A stretch of DNA of 56,337 nucleotides, the filler included, from Asterionella formosa (taxonomy: Eukaryota), in assembly GCA_002256025.1 (NCBI GenBank). It is 4 parts of 4 records of this genome, joined end to end, with 100 filler letters (N's around TTAATTAATTAA, not from the genome) between each part and the next. Parts side by side here need not be neighbours in the genome. Positions count along the whole stretch, not along the records: positions 1 to 14,023 come from NKIB01006246.1; positions 14,124 to 28,129 come from NKIB01006247.1; 2 more parts are not named here. The stretch is one strand, 5' to 3'. Position numbers and translations under genes: made by a program. The notes beneath the pieces are model-generated. The model was not told where the DNA came from. It did not search any database and saw only the letters and a list, made by a program, of their open reading frames with translations. Positions within the stretch are counted from its first letter, which is position 1. Every line of letters begins with the position of its first letter. Shown one piece after another: positions 12,694-24,327 of this stretch.

Positions 12694-13890
12694 CTATTTT
12701 GATTTTCTACTCATCTGCAAAACAGCAATAGAAGAATTCTGCCTTCTCCTAGCAATAATGGCCAAATTATCACAAGTTACCAGTTCGTCACAGTAGCGCA
12801 CCAAATGCACATCAAACCCATGGTCCCGTAGATAACGCATACGACCCTCCTCCAATAAGCGCCTTGCTTGTCGCCCCAACTGCTTTGCACGTTGAAATCC
12901 TAGTAAGGTGAGGAGCAATGAACGTTTGTATTCAAATTCCTGAAGTTTAGTAGCACGGCTCATGGAAATTAGCATTCCAAAGATTCTGAAATCATTGTCC
13001 TGTACAATGCCATGCATTCCAATGTGAGTTTGGCAAAATCCCATGGACTCTAAAAACGGAATGTTGCAATATTGCTCTTTCTTTGTCTTTTGGTGACAAC
13101 ATGGTGCGAGGCAACATGCTCCAACAAAGTCGTTCAAAGGTGGTTGACAAAGTGCCATGAGGCTCATATCGCTGGCACCACCACACAAGTGTTTCGTAAT
13201 GGCAACGACGCCCCCATGCTTTGACTTTGCTAGTGGCACCACTGTCTTTGCAGCAAGGTATCGTACATCGGCCACTACACGAGTGTATGGCATATCTTCA
13301 TTCTTGGATTCACTAGGGAATGGAGGGTCATAAAATTGATCTCCAGTTTTGTGTGATTCCTTTTTGGGACGTCGGCTGTCCAGGGCCACGACGGCGACGG
13401 TTCTATTCAAAGCCTCGTAAATAGCCCTTGTCAACAGTGCTTTCCCGGCCCCAATATCTAGTACCAACGGTGTTGCGTCGCTTTGCTTAATTTCCTCCAC
13501 CAGGCCACAGACGCAGTCCATGAGCGACTCTATCTGAGCTCTGTTTGTGGGCTTTTTTTGGAATGTGTCAGGGCCACTGGCAAGGATCTCATCCAGCACA
13601 GCCACTCCACCTGGGAACACGTGCAATGCGTCCAAGGGAAGCGGTAGCATGCTGTAGGCCCTGTCGAGCTTCCAAGCAAAGTGGTAGGTCGAAACGCATT
13701 GGAATGTGTGACGAACCCATGACCATGGGTGGGTTCGCACCATAGCCCACCGATTCCGCTTGATCTTAATGCAAGCCAAAGCAACGATGACAACCAGGAT
13801 ACCGCATGCTTGCACGGATAGTATCAAGGCGGTTGCAACAACAAGAGCCAGCGCCGACAAACATCCAGCAGAAACGATTAGCACAAACAT
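12694..13890 (-). CDS. TRM13-like SAM-dependent methyltransferase with hydrophobic N-terminus
   Basis: SAM motif VLDIGAGKA, TRM13 signature KHLCGGASD, APCCH, and C-terminal GR.ARRLLEEGR..YL...GF...LVRY....VT..N. Confidence 0.8.
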   Translation of the reverse strand: MFVLIVSAGCLSALALVVATALILSVQACGILVVIVALACIKIKRNRWAMVRTHPWSWVRHTFQCVSTYHFAWKLDRAYSMLPLPLDALHVFPGGVAVLDEILASGPDTFQKKPTNRAQIESLMDCVCGLVEEIKQSDATPLVLDIGAGKALLTRAIYEALNRTVAVVALDSRRPKKESHKTGDQFYDPPFPSESKNEDMPYTRVVADVRYLAAKTVVPLAKSKHGGVVAITKHLCGGASDMSLMALCQPPLNDFVGACCLAPCCHQKTKKEQYCNIPFLESMGFCQTHIGMHGIVQDNDFRIFGMLISMSRATKLQEFEYKRSLLLTLLGFQRAKQLGRQARRLLEEGRMRYLRDHGFDVHLVRYCDELVTCDNLAIIARRRQNSSIAVLQMSRKSK

Positions 13891-14158
13891 TGTGCTATCG
13901 AATGCTTGATCCTTCCGTGTTTTCGTTGCGGGTCGCTCATTTGAGGAATACCGGTATAGCTATCAATCCTCACTCACATCATGGCGACTTGACATAAAAA
14001 TAGATGGTACCTGGTACCTGGTANNNNNNNNNNNNNNNNNNNNNNNNNNNNNNNNNNNNNNNNNNNNTTAATTAATTAANNNNNNNNNNNNNNNNNNNNN
14101 NNNNNNNNNNNNNNNNNNNNNNNAAGAAATTTACTTAGGTCCATTATAAGGGAAATCT

Positions 14159-14250
14159 CTTCATTGTCCTGGGCCCCCCTTAAGTAAAATCAGTCAAATT
14201 CAGTCACGGCAGTGTACATTGGGGGGTCCAGGACAATGAAGTATACGGTA
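14159..14250. mobile_element. Probable DNA transposon end with a 21-bp internal inverted repeat
   Basis: cttcattgtcctgggcccccc (14159-14179) pairs with ggggggtccaggacaatgaag (14221-14241) at 20/21. It ends tatacggTA (reverse complement TA-CCGTATA, Tc1/pogo-like). The rest lies in a gap. Confidence 0.5.
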
Positions 14251-14996
14251 GTAGTATTCGTTGAATATATGAGCTAATAAATCTTATGTACAACTTGTTT
14301 TCCCAAGTTGACATCAAAATATGCAACAGGTGTTAGTCGAGTTCTGATATAATTGATATAACCCTAACCCTATATATATCTGTATCAATGTGCAGGATCG
14401 CTCACCTGGTACCCTGGTACCAGGTTGTACCAGTACAGTGTAATAGCTAATATGTACGCGTACAGTGTATATTCCAACGATGATCGTGCGAACAGTTATG
14501 GTTTAATTAAACCAAAAAATTAAACCCGCAGTGAAACCGGGTTTAATTTTTCGAATATCACATACACGGTCCTTCCACTTGTATTTTCAGATCAATACCG
14601 TGAAACTTCAAACAATTATCCTCATTGTTTGTTTTGACTTACCGGTACCTGGTACCATACCAGGTACCGTATTCGATGTGTATGTACCGGTGGTATTCAT
14701 AATCATGCTGATGACATTATTAAATAGCTTGCCGGTATATGACGGAACAAAATTACATTTATGCGCCTTGTATTTATTATCATGCTCAATCTCCCTCACC
14801 TCGTCGCTCGATATACATCGTTGCGCTGCATCACTGCTTAGCAGTCACAGCAGAAAAATAACGAGTTGCCTTCAATCATAGAAAAGAGTTGTCTAACTCG
14901 GTGTTTCACCTCTTTTCCTTTCCCTTTTTTCGCAATTGTTGGTTGCAGTAAGAACTGTGGAAAACCAGAAACGACGCTATATGCGACCACTACACC

Positions 14997-17900
14997 ATGA
15001 GCAATGAATCTCACTTATATCAACAGGATGGTGGTGCCTATGAGGACCCAATGAAGGAAGATCGGGGATTCCCTCGAAAGAAATCGAAAAAGGACAAAAA
15101 ACCCAAGAAACTCAAGGTCGATGAAAATGGCAATCCCATCAAGAAGAAAAAGAAGAAGTCGACGCGAGATGTCAGCGACTCGTCGAACGATGTTATCAAG
15201 AGAAAGAGCATAAATAGAAAGATGGAAGATGAAGGCTCATCTGAGCCTTCTTCATCACTTTACGAAGATCCTTTTAGAAGAAGCTGCATAAAGAAGGAAG
15301 GAAGCGGCGGTATTGTGCAGTTGAAGCCTCCCGCCATGAGATTGGAAGCAGAACCACAAGTGCTTTCTACCAGCAACGGCAATGTCACGAGGCGGCGATG
15401 TTCAGCTAATGTTCCAAATCTATCCATGCTCATGGCCGGCGATTTAAATTTTCAGAAGGACGTCGAGCCTGGATTTGACTCCAATGCCCACCTACCATTA
15501 ACACGTAAGACTATGGCTGAAACGATGGACCAAGTCAAGGAACGCGAGAAAGCAAGGCGACATTCTGAATACAAGACCGTAGAAACGTCAAGGGTGCCAC
15601 CGCAACGATACTCCTTAAATGATGGTTCAAATGCTGCCTCTTTGAATCCCACTACATATGGCAGTGACACGGCTGCTTCAAGGCCTGGTGCTGTATCTGT
15701 TACAACAGCTGCCCCACCTGGAAAGGGATCGCGTCCAAATATGGCTCCAGATGAATCCTATGGAGGTACCTTACGACCTGGAGCTGTTATGGTTGGTACT
15801 GCTGCCCCTTCTGGAAAAGGATCAGGCCCATCGATGACAAGGGCATCGGAAAATTATGACGAAATTATGGGGCGTGTTGGCGCAGTTTCGGTTACTGGTG
15901 CTGCTCCTTCTCGTAAGGATAGAAGAACGTCAGGATCTTCTTATAAAACTCTTGATTATGAAGCGGGGGATGTTTCAGTCGGTCGAGCTGCTCCTACTGG
16001 AAAAGGCGGACCCTCCATCACGACAGGTTTGGAAAATTATGACGGCGCTGCAGGCCGCGTGGGTGCTATATCAATGACGACTGGCGCACCAACAGGAAAA
16101 GGATCAGCTCGTCGTGTTGGTGCATTGTCAGTGCCAACCGCATCACAATCTGGAAAGAGGGGGAAAAACCTTACGCCTCGGATTGGTGCCGTCACAATGA
16201 TGACTCCCGCTCTGCAAGGAAAAGAGTCCTTATCAGCTGTGTTTTCCGCGCCAAATGAGACAACTGGAGGTAGCATTCAAAAAGACCGTACAAGCCATTT
16301 CCCATCCGCAACAGCCCCTGGGACACAAACAGGTGGGCCGTCGCATTTCCCAAGCAATGCCGAGACCTACGAAAGCGCGTTGAGAAACGAGAAAACAAGA
16401 ATATCTCATTTTCCGTCTGCCGAAACATACCCTCAAAATATTCACGACTCACCTGCTCAGGCGGCGGGTCGAAGGAAAATGGAAAACAAGAATATTAGTC
16501 GCAGTACAACAAACGGACGCCGCAGATCCTCGGCCCGAACTATGCAGTCAGAAAGTTTTATTTCCAAGTCAACTTCCGAGGACGGGCCGTCGTACACCAA
16601 CAGTGCAGAGAGCTACGACGGAGAAAGCACGAAGTCGGGTTCATTGTCTCTTGGAGCTAACGGGAGCTGGCGAGCTTCTAGAATTCAGAGGAGCGAGTCT
16701 TCGTCCGGTTCATGGGGTCAACCACAACGGGTCAATGAAGACGGCGAAATGTCAGAGGGCGATCCGTTAGGCTTCGCAAGTCAACCTGTATGCATCGGGG
16801 ACTACGGCGAAAATATTCCTTTGGACGCAGAACCGGGTCTAGCATATGTGTGTGTCGAAGATTTGAAGATGACGCCTTGGTATTGCTCGTGCTGGTTCAA
16901 ATTTGCGATTGTTGCTCTAATCGTGGGGGGCGCTACGACGGGATTGACTATCGCACTCACTGATGGTGGTCCTGATGCTCCTACTAGACCTCTACCCACT
17001 TTCGCACCATCGTTAACTCCGATTGACGAAGCTCGCCAATCCCAAATTGAGACAATTCTGTTGACGGTGACGGCGCAACCAGTTCTGAAGAATGAAACTT
17101 CTCCTCAATATGCCGCTTTTGACTGGATTGTGAGATACGATATGTTAACTCCATCCAATAACGGTGCACTGACTGATGTACAGAAACAAGGAATTTTGAT
17201 TCGATATTCATTAGCCACTTTTTATTACGCGACTGATGGAGGCAATTGGTTCTCCTCGGTCGGTTGGTTGGATGGACTTACGCATGAGTGTGACTGGGAG
17301 TTTATCACTTGTGTAAATAACAATCAAGATATTGTCTCGATTTCAACGAAAGGGCCGAACCGTCTATTTGGTTCTATCCCCTCTGAATTGCAGACTCTTC
17401 AGAATCTCCGTGAGCTTAACTTGACGAGCAACGACTTGAGTGTGATCACCCCTGATATCGGTGCTTTTTCAGGATTGATTAATTTAGATCTCAGTGCTAA
17501 CAAGATCGTCGGAACAATCCCAACTTCTCTTTTCAGCCTCTCTATTTTGAGCTTACTAAATCTTGAATCGAATCAACTGACCGGAACTATCTCTCCTCAG
17601 ATTTCTGGGTTGGTTTCTCTTGGTCAACTTTTTTTATTTGAAAATTTTTTAACTGGCAATTTGTCGACTGAGCTGAAGCAGCTTACTCGACTTGATCTAA
17701 TTGATGTTAGCGCCAACCAGCTGATGGGGAATGTCAATGATATTTTAAGCGGACTGACAGGGCTGAAAGTTATTGTTATGTCTACTAACCTATTCACGGG
17801 ATCTTTGACATCTGAGTTTATTATGCAGTTCAGCGAACTGATTCAGTTGGACCTTTCTATATCGAATTTGATCGGCAGTACGATACCCACTGAATTGGGA

Positions 17901-18315
17901 ACTTTGACTTTACTTGGTATGTGAAAGTGCGTTTTTGCCTGGATATACGAAGACTTCTCCCTGACAAATTCACGTTATCCCAACAAAGAATCTTTGTCCC
18001 TATACGGCACTTCGATAGTGGGTTCCATTCCATCGGAGTTAGGCTCTCTGACGAAGCTGCGTACGTCTCTATTACGCTGCCTCTTTTGTAGCTATCTGTT
18101 ATGACACTGTTATGCATCATCTAATTCAGTCGTTAATTCATCTTTCTCATTGATTTTTCACAGGAGCATTGTCCCTAGATGAGAACCGTATAACTGGCTC
18201 CGTCCCACAGCAACTTTGCAATGTTTCAGCGTTGGAAGATTTGCGTGTGGATTGCCGCATACCCTGCCCTTGCTCCTCTTGCACGTTTGTTGTTCAGGGA
18301 TCATGCCCAGTGTAA
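14997..18315 (+). CDS. Type II membrane LRR receptor-like protein, 3 exons (14997-17916, 17989-18060, 18164-18315)
   Basis: Long disordered N-terminus, single TM (FAIVALIVGGATTGLTIAL), SPQY.AF.W..RYSLATFYYAT.G..W....ECDW..I.C cap, plant-type LRRs (N.LTGTIP.ELG.LT.L) and a C-terminal DC..C.C..CT cap. Splicing restores the frame to a TAA at 18313-18315. Confidence 0.9.
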
Positions 18316-18486
18316 GGGAAGTAGCTGTTGACATGTCCTGTATATGCCACCCTTAATTTATTCGATTTTTGAATTTTATTTTCTCTTCCTTCTCTTGTCA
18401 TGCATTTTTATGATGTTTTTGTCATAAATTGAGAATTCTAAAAAAAAGCTTGTAAAACTTGCGTTTTATCATTAAGTCTAGCTTTG

Positions 18487-18798
18487 CTACTCAGAGAAAA
18501 AGGCGACCCAGCAGAGGTAAAAGATGGGCAGGGAAATCACCAATGAAAATGCAGTCATAGCCGAAAGCTCCATGTTCATGATTTCTTCATTCTTAGCATT
18601 TAGTGCAAACATTTCTTCTCGTGTCATGTCACGAGACTCGATCGACGAAAGGTCTTCACGTTTGTTCTTCTTGCCCACGCCCAAGGCAATGGTGGCAGTT
18701 CGTTGGGAGAGCGCCCCGGGAGTAAAAAACGCATCCGCGGTGGATACCATTGCCGTGGCAGCGGCGAGGGCACAGATTAAAGCAGCGAAGCGGGACAT
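18487..18798 (-). CDS. Small (103 aa) probable plastid-targeted membrane protein of unknown function
   Basis: Signal peptide followed by an ADA-F cleavage motif (ASAFAP-like), a Ser/Thr/Arg transit-like segment and a C-terminal TM helix. Confidence 0.75.
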   Translation of the reverse strand: MSRFAALICALAAATAMVSTADAFFTPGALSQRTATIALGVGKKNKREDLSSIESRDMTREEMFALNAKNEEIMNMELSAMTAFSLVISLPIFYLCWVAFFSE

Positions 18799-19994
18799 GA
18801 TAACGAGATGCTACGACTATTTTACAAATAATAGTGAAAATCAAAATGAGAAGGAATTTGACGAGGCACGAACAATGATCATGGCGACGTTTTGTCCCTG
18901 GCTGAGTGCCTGTCGTCGTGATGCTGAGTTGGACGAGATGACACCAACCACGAGGCAAGAGCCGCAGTCAGCACGGCGAGCCAGCGGCGAAATGTTTCAA
19001 CAATACCGGGTACCCTGGTACACTGAAATGACGTATGTGGTCAGGCAGTACGTATGTAGTCTATGTACAGGAACTGTTGTATTAAATCACACCTTTGGAC
19101 AAGACTGTCGTCGTCCTGTACATATGTCCTGTTTGAAACCGCAATATGATTTTAACGTGTAATTACAGTTACCGGTAATGTCGTAAGTAGATTTTTATGA
19201 CATGATTTCTGTGGGGGCACAAAGAAAATCCTTTACCCAATCACCACTTGCAATCCAATTCTCCGGCAGACATGAACAGTGCAGTCTATGAGAACCGATC
19301 CAAGATCAATGCTACCACAATTTTTTTAATCCCTACTTTTGCACAAGGAAGTGACAACATATCCAAAATTCCACCGCCCCACCTTATATGGGCCATGGAG
19401 CAAAATGATGACAAACCTAGAAATAGACTAGTAAGAATGCGCTATAAAAATGATTAACATATGAAACTATGCAACAATTGGTCTTATTGATAGTCTAGGT
19501 CATTAGGAACATGATTTCAACTTGAAGGGGGTTATACTGATTGAAGGCATCTTTTGCAACTTTCATGACCCACACTGCCTAATTTATGCACTCCTACTGT
19601 AACAAGGAATTCGAGACTCTTGAAATTCATTTTGCAAGACTCAATCAACATCAGGTACAGTAATTTTCATAGTAGAGTAAACCAGTACACAATTAAAAGA
19701 ATATTTCGTAAGTAGAGACAGATACAGAGGCCGTCATATAATGTGGTTTGTATCTATGGTCCTTGTATTATTGGCTTACCCGGTCGTCAGTTCCTGATCC
19801 TGATCTCTCCTTCCCCAATCTACGAGTTCAAATGTGCAGAAGCCTACAAATTGCAATGCATAAACTTCACAATATTGCGTCACGAAGAATAGCATGGTCC
19901 ATAAAATATTGAATAAAAACAATATTTGCGTTGTGGATGTGGTATTGAAGCTCCGGGGATAACAAATGCGTCCGTGAAGCATGCATTTCTGTTT

Positions 19995-21730
19995 TTAAAA
20001 TTCAACGTCCCAAACGATAGGATATCCCTCTGAAACAAGCGCATTCCTTAGCTTCTTGGCATGCTCCTTTCCTTGAAGTTCCACAACACATTTGACCTGT
20101 ACTTGGTCGACATTAGTGTGCAGCCAAGCGCGTTCATGGTAGATATCTTTAATACTCGCGCCCTGTTCGGCCATCAGGGCAGTAAGTCTTGAGATCCCTC
20201 CTGGTCTGTCTGATACTGTGGCGTAAAAGTTGCATAAACGATTGTCAGCCGACATTCCACGATCGAGGACACGCCCAAGGACAGTAGTGTCAATGTTTCC
20301 TCCACATAGTGGAACGATAATGTTTTTCCCTTTCATTTCAGGGCGATCCAACTTTCCCCCTGGCAACAATGCAGCAAGACCAGCAGCGCCACCTCCTTCC
20401 ACTACCATCTTCTCGTTCTCAATCAATCTCAAGATCGCCAGGGAGATTTCTTTCTCTGACGTGGTGACGCATTCGTCTACGTAGAATCGGGCGACCTCAA
20501 AGGCGTGTGGTCCAACTACAGGGACTGCTAAACCATCTGCAAGAGTGTTTTTGGTTGGGGCCGGGACAGGTCTGCCGGCTTGTAAGGCGGCAAAGTAAGA
20601 TGCGCAAAATTCCGGCTCGACTCCAATCACCTGGAAAAGCCATGGTGAGTCAAATCATGCAATCGATTCGATTTCAAATGAACGCTACACTGGCTTACCT
20701 TGCAGTCCGGCTTAAGTGTCTTGATGGCACACGAGACTCCAGCAATAAGGCCGGCACCTCCAACTGGAACAATTACATAGTCAGCATCTGGAACATCATC
20801 GATAATTTCAATACCAATCGTTCCGGCACCAGCCAAGATCGCAGGATCATCGTACCCGTTGACGTATTTGAGACCCTCGCTCGCCACCAAGGTTTCGGCA
20901 AACGTTTTCGCCTCTCCAATGTGCTCGCCTTCGATAATGATGCGAGCACCGAATTTCTGTATGGCGAGCCAATCAAACGAATTTGTGAGATTTTTCAAGT
21001 GATTTAATGTAAAATGTGATTTTTCTCAAACTTCTGTTGACAGCTGATGGAAGGCACAACTGTGATTGCATTTGACTTACGCGGCATTTGTCGACTTTGG
21101 CAAGTGGTGCCACAGTGGGCATAACGACAGTTACGGGAATACCAAGAAGTTTTCCGTGGTATGCCAAGGCTAGAGCGTGATTTCCGGCAGAAGCTGCTAT
21201 GACCCCTTTCTTGGCGAAATCAGGACCGCTTGACTTCATGAGTTGCAAGATGGCATTTCGCGCCCCTCGTTCCTTGAAGGATCCAGTGAATTGACGGAAT
21301 TCTGTCTTGAGGTAGACATTGGCCCCAACTAGTTCAGATAGGAAGTACGACTTTAAGCATGATGTTCGAACAACTCCACTGCGAATCGCCTACGCGATAA
21401 TTCGCAACGCATCGAGATGGAAGTGAGAAATAATTCGTCATTGTCACACTAGGAGTTGAATGCTCATGCGTCGCAATCACTTACAACGTGGGCACGGGAT
21501 ATGTCAGCGTAAGAAATAGGCAACTCTTTTTCAGAAGTTGCCACTGGTTTGCTGATAGATTCAGGAGCAGCAGGTCTGATAGTGACCTTCGGAGTAAGTT
21601 TGGCCTGTGCATCGTCGTCTGGAGCAGCCGAAAAGAAACGGAAATCAAAGAACCGCCTTGTCGTTGCAGCAATCGCCACATTACGAGTACCAGCTCTGGA
21701 AATTGTGACGCGGATGGACGAAGTCAACAT
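19995..21730 (-). CDS. PLP-dependent threonine/serine ammonia-lyase (IlvA/TdcB family) with C-terminal ACT domain, 4 exons (21730-21485, 21389-21081, 20956-20699, 20630-19995)
   Basis: TGSFKERGA, ASAGNHA, VPVGGAGL, TLADGLAV, EGGGAAGLAA, GGNID and an ACT domain (SDRPGGI). GT-AG introns keep the frame. The N-terminus resembles a mitochondrial transit peptide. Confidence 0.93.
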
Positions 21731-22620
21731 GTTGGATTGCTAAATAGCTGCAAAAGATTTATACTGGAGTGTATAGCTTTGAGCGTTGAGTTGAGTTGAG
21801 TTGAGTATGACGGCTGTTCATATGTGTTTGAAAGTGGACAATGATTTCTTTTGAGAAAATATAAGCATATATGATATCTCCTGTTCTAACTTTTAAGATT
21901 CAGCCATAGTACGATACCTGGAACACCGATACATGAGTACCTGGTACCAGGTACTCCAGGTACGTTCACATTCTAGCGATACAGACACGCATGCGAAATT
22001 TTAAGCAACTCTGAAGGAAGTGTCTGTTCAATATCGTCACAAGCACCTCAACCTGGCGACGTCATTCAACGTAACGTCGACAGCATGCTGACGTTTTGGC
22101 GTTGGTAACCAATGCTCCCTACCAGGTCGTGTTTCGAGGACGAGTTCAACCCCACCTTCTGAAGCTCATTACGAAGAATCATAAAACAAAAAAGTACTAC
22201 CAGGTACCAGTACCACCCCCGGACTTTACAAGGTACCTGATACCAGTACCTGGTACCAGGGACTCGACCATTTACCAGGAGTACCTGGTACTATAGAACA
22301 GGCACAGAATGACTGTTCACTAGATAGTACCCGGTGTTTAGTTTCCCGCTCGACTCGAGCTGGAAGAAAGATACGCACCGGTAGCTACTACATAGTACGG
22401 AGTACATAGGACCCAACAATCGTGATGGGCTGCCGGTGGTACCAGGGTACCTGGTACCAGGTACAGGACCTGGTCCTGGTAGGCTACTCTACCTGTTACA
22501 CCAACAATTCATTGAGGCCACACACCTATTAATTACAGGCTGATTTCACAATCCATTGTCATTGTCATGTATGAACGGTATTAAGTACCCCATCCAACAA
22601 CAGCAAAGAAAGCCGCATAG

Positions 22621-24246
22621 ATGAAGGTCGCAGTCATTGGAATCGGCGCAATGGGCGGTGGCATGGCGAGAGCCTTATTGCAATCCGACGTGACGACGAA
22701 AGTCGTGGGATACGATCGCGCCACACATTTGGTTGAAACTTTTTATGAGGAAGCCACGTTAGTTGGTAAAGCTCCCACGGTACCACCGGCGACTTTAATG
22801 GAAGCTATTCAAGACACTCATGTAGTCGTATTGGTGTTGGTCAATGAGCTCCAATGTCAACAAATTTGCTTTGGATCTAGTGGTCAAGACCTAATCTCCC
22901 TCCTCCCAAGCAAAAGTTGTGTCATCCTGTCGTCCACAGTGACACCCACATGGGCGAAAAGAGCGAGGGATTTATTTAAAGCGAATGATATTTTATTTGT
23001 GGATTGTCCCGTTAGTGGAGGTCCTGTTCGAGCGAGATTGGGGGACTTGACCCTCATGGCCAGTGGGGATGACGATGCGCTGTCCTACGCAAAACCAGTG
23101 TTAGATGCCATGGGCAGGGAGGTGTATATCATTCAAGGAGGGGCTGGGAAAGGATCAACAGTCAAAATGGTGCATCAGCTTCTAGCTGGTGTACACGTGG
23201 CTACGACAGCAGAAGCCTTGGCGCTAGCCGCCAAAGCTGGATTAGATGTTGACCAAATGTACGAGATTGTCAATGGTGCAGCAGGCGCAAGTTGGATGTT
23301 CCAAGATCGAGGGAAACGCATGATTAGTGAAACAGAACCACCTGTCATGTCTGCCCTTAATATTTTTGTCAAGGATCTGGACATTGTTTACGCTGAAGCA
23401 AAGTCACTGCAGTCGCCGATCCCCATTGCGACGTCGGCCTTGCAACAGTTCATTTGTGGAATGGGATTAGGACTTGGTGAAAAGGACGATTCTCAACTTG
23501 TAAAGGTGTATGAGAATGTAACTGGAGTCAAGGTAGGAAAAGATTCGAAACCTAAGACGGAGGGGCATGAAATCGGTGACTGGTGGATAATGGAGGGTGG
23601 TCGCGACGAACAAATAATCGACGTAGGAGAAGAACCCAGACACAAGATTGTCATAAGTAACGACTACGTGCGAGCCTTGAGAGTTTTACTTCCTCCTAAA
23701 GACACGACATGGGCTCATCGACATGCTGAAGATAGCATTTATTTTTTCTTGGTCGAAGGCGGACTCGAAGTTGTGAACCATGTCCAAGGGAACGATCCAA
23801 TGTGTGATTGCATGGAGTTTGGGGAAGTGCGATATGGCACACATAAGAGCGACAAACCATTGGTGCATCGAATTACTAACGCAACTGACAAGCACATGCT
23901 ATGTATTGATGCTGAAGTTCTCAAGAAGCCTCCAGTCACGGCTGTCATCCCATTGATAGCGGAAAGGCACGAAATGATTAAAACACGAGACAAATGTCGT
24001 GTTTACAAATTGACATTGCCGCCGGGTGAAAGCATTACAGTATCATATCCTTTCTTCTACTTTACTGTTGTTCTCAAGCCTTCAGTTATCAAAACTGAGA
24101 TTAGCAGCGGACGTGGTGTGCCAAGTATTTGTTGGGAAGAAGCAAGTCAAATTGGAGATGTGGCATGGAAGGAGCCAGTGACAGATCTTAAACAAACAAA
24201 TGTTGGTGATTCAGTATATGAGCTTTATATTACGGAATGGAGATAG
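22621..24246 (+). CDS. NAD-dependent beta-hydroxyacid dehydrogenase (L-threonate dehydrogenase LtnD-like) fused to C-terminal cupin-like domain(s)
   Basis: GIGAMG, DCPVSGG, GSTVKMVHQLLAGVH, SWMF.DRG and SALNIFVKDL.IV. The C-terminal ~240 aa has two N.YVR/CRVY..L.PG repeats and an H.H motif. Intronless. Confidence 0.88.
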   Translation: MKVAVIGIGAMGGGMARALLQSDVTTKVVGYDRATHLVETFYEEATLVGKAPTVPPATLMEAIQDTHVVVLVLVNELQCQQICFGSSGQDLISLLPSKSCVILSSTVTPTWAKRARDLFKANDILFVDCPVSGGPVRARLGDLTLMASGDDDALSYAKPVLDAMGREVYIIQGGAGKGSTVKMVHQLLAGVHVATTAEALALAAKAGLDVDQMYEIVNGAAGASWMFQDRGKRMISETEPPVMSALNIFVKDLDIVYAEAKSLQSPIPIATSALQQFICGMGLGLGEKDDSQLVKVYENVTGVKVGKDSKPKTEGHEIGDWWIMEGGRDEQIIDVGEEPRHKIVISNDYVRALRVLLPPKDTTWAHRHAEDSIYFFLVEGGLEVVNHVQGNDPMCDCMEFGEVRYGTHKSDKPLVHRITNATDKHMLCIDAEVLKKPPVTAVIPLIAERHEMIKTRDKCRVYKLTLPPGESITVSYPFFYFTVVLKPSVIKTEISSGRGVPSICWEEASQIGDVAWKEPVTDLKQTNVGDSVYELYITEWR

Positions 24247-24327
24247 AGGTATTATTTTTGGCGGGGATGTACATTAACAGCGATTTAGAGCTCGTCTAAA
24301 TACTGCGTTGCAAGTAGCAATCGTGCA

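Noticed and set aside
14068..14079. ttaattaattaa inside N runs (also at ~28174 and ~42283)
   Set aside because: An identical all-frame-stop linker centred in fixed-length gaps, so a scaffolding artefact.
18524..19162. 212-aa plus-strand ORF and other antisense ORFs (for example 11082-11564 and 20507-21007)
   Set aside because: Shadow frames of better-supported genes on the opposite strand.
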